From assembly GCA_020137815.1 (NCBI GenBank), contig CM035351.1:7812001-7876000 (forward strand): 64,000 nt of DNA, in the 5' to 3' direction. A model generated the notes under the pieces. It was not told the origin of the DNA and made no database searches. It was given only the letters and a program-made list of their open reading frames with translations. The stretch comes from Hormiphora californensis (taxonomy: Eukaryota > Animalia > Ctenophora). A program made the position numbers and the translations under genes. This document shows, one piece after another, positions 61,930 to 64,000 of this stretch. Position 1 is the first letter of the stretch. Each line of letters begins with the position of its first letter.

Positions 61930-63860
61930 GTGGTGGGTCCCCCTTTCCCCCAAGTACCCTATTTAGTTACTCGAGTACAATATTTCAGCCACTCCAAACC
62001 TCAAGTTGGGTTATTACTTGCATCACAACTCAAACTATTGTATGCCCCAGAAATTTGAGTTGAAACCGTTTGCCACATACTACAATTGCAAGTACAGATT
62101 AAACACCCAATGGCCCCTGGTAAGTGAGGGTTGCAAGGAGGGATGACCAACTAACGACTGTTCTGAGTGTACAGGACGCCAAACTCGTACCAACATCGCT
62201 ATTTTACACCACAATAATGTACATAGTATTCGAAAGGGGTTTCATAGTCATAGGTTTTGGTCGAATGTGCCTTCTAACGGTCTCTTAAGGAACATGACAC
62301 AGCCAGGTTCGGTAATCGATCCTACGGAAATGCAACCCTTCAGACATGCTAGAAAGGGACTACCACCTAACATCGTGCTACTAAGGTGGGCTACATTAAC
62401 TTGTTCAGATATGTTGTTATGTTCTAACCCTGCTTTACGGGGCGCGGTGAGACAGGGTGGAATATCTAATGTTGAAATTAGGTAAAGTAACCTTTTCATG
62501 TACAGTTTGTTGGATAAGCAGAGTGAAGATAAGATCTACTTTAATCTGAGTTACTCAGTGGGAATCCCCCGAGGACAGGGAACTGATGATTTCTACCAGC
62601 CTGTAGCCGTGGGGGTCAAGGTAAAATTCTAGAGCTATAATCTCTTGAAATAGAAACACATTCCACACATCATCTCATACTATTTTTCATCAAGTAAATC
62701 TCCCTTTCTCTCTCTGCAGGTCCAGTTCAAGGCACTGCGATATCTAGTCAGAAAGACTCTGGGTGCGACCTACCAAAACGTCAGCGCCACACTACTCGAC
62801 GAGAATGCCTTCATAATCTACAGCACAGACTCCCTTTGGGTGCCCACCAACGTGGACCGCTTCTTCGACAGGATCTCCCCAATCACAGAACTAGTTGATC
62901 AGTCCGGGTTTTACGACAACTACACGGTGGTGGACTGTCAGAAGTTGTGTCCCAAGGAGCCAGTAGCAGAGGAACAGAAGACAGCCTCATCAGCGCCCTC
63001 TATAGCACGATACCCCCTAGGTATTATGCACGTGCTATTAGGTGCTCTCTGGAGGACTCTCCTTACCATCTGGTGGTGGACGGGGGAGGGTGGGGGAGGT
63101 GTAACAGCCACCCACCAATCCAGCACTCAGTACATGTGTTGCGTCAATAACTTTGCGTACAATAGGAACTTTGACACCACAGAGCCTTATGAGGGGGTTG
63201 CAGATTGTGGGACGTGCTCTAAGAACATTACCCTGGCACCACTACCAGGGAGCAATGTGCTCATGCTAATAGACAATAACCCGGACTGTGTGTGTCCGGA
63301 GAAGGTACGGACCCGGAACAAATACTTCCGGAAGTTATGCGAGTACCCCGTGTCCCAATGGCAGTCTGATTTAACGTTACGGGACTGCTTCGAGCAGAAC
63401 CATAAGAGTGTACCCGTGGGCACGTGGTATTGCTCTAAAGACTTAAAAACATACTCTCGAACACTCAATAACGACACATGATAGACAGTGTTAGTTTCGT
63501 GTAACTGTTGTGCAAGGGAGATCAGGGAGAAAGTGGGTCGCTAGCTCTGATCTCTTGCATATCAACCTTCCTTTGACTGTAACACACCTATGTTTTAACA
63601 TATTTTCACACCGAATATAATCGTACTTTTGTGTGACTTTTGAGATCCTAGTGAGAGTTGTAGCAGGCAATGGTCGAGAGGGGGGGCAAGTATAAATATA
63701 GGAAGGAGAGAAAAGGATAAGATCTGTGATCTTGAGAAGTTGAGATCATTTCATTGCATGTTAGTTGCACGGTGAAACTTATAGGTCCAGTTGAGGAAGT
63801 GCCAAAAATAAAACAAATTCCGTGACCTAATAAATTGTTTGTTTACTTAGTCTAAGAGAT
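61930..63860 (+). pseudogene. Partial second copy of the alpha2delta 3' end (last three exons plus 3' flank); likely haplotype/assembly duplicate
   Basis: 62290-63860 closely matches 58970-60558 including introns, and the terminal exon differs by one amino acid (VSA/VTA). 61930-62290 is a deletion-riddled version of 58520-58968. Confidence 0.85.
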
Positions 63861-64000
63861 CTGGTATTTGAAATTATTCCCTCCCCTCGCAGTAGTTCCA
63901 GTGAACGTAGTGACTAATTGGTTGGCTCTTTTTGTACACTGAATCTTTCACAGACTAGTTTCCATGCTCTCACATCTTCTCTTTCTCTCTGTTATTTCAA

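Overview
Eukaryotic (animal) genomic DNA with short GT-AG introns and abundant (GA)n/(CT)n microsatellites. The style suggests a non-bilaterian marine invertebrate such as a ctenophore, but that is inference only. Four spliced host genes were reconstructed by hand: an SLC6 amino-acid-type transporter (2542-6366 +), an orphan 350-aa gene (7770-9634 +), a TGF-beta/activin type I receptor (10754-19804 -) and a calcium-channel alpha2delta-family gene (52605-60163 +). The last three exons of the alpha2delta gene recur at about 62.3-63.9 kb, probably as a haplotype duplicate. Between the receptor and alpha2delta lies a ~22 kb mosaic (about 21.6-43.9 kb) of short, shuffled, internally duplicated fragments. 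These include Polinton/Maverick pPolB, Academ-type XPG nuclease, Helitron-type PIF1 helicase, a spliced zinc-knuckle gene and two unrecognised small-protein families. Every fragment I could recognise there is on the + strand, which makes it a candidate uni-strand piRNA cluster or the relic of a large intron-bearing mobile element. Also present are many MITE/foldback elements, two Helentron-like elements with co-varying subterminal repeats, and a Penelope-like GIY-YIG insertion carrying a hammerhead ribozyme. All family calls come from motif recognition by eye, not database searches.
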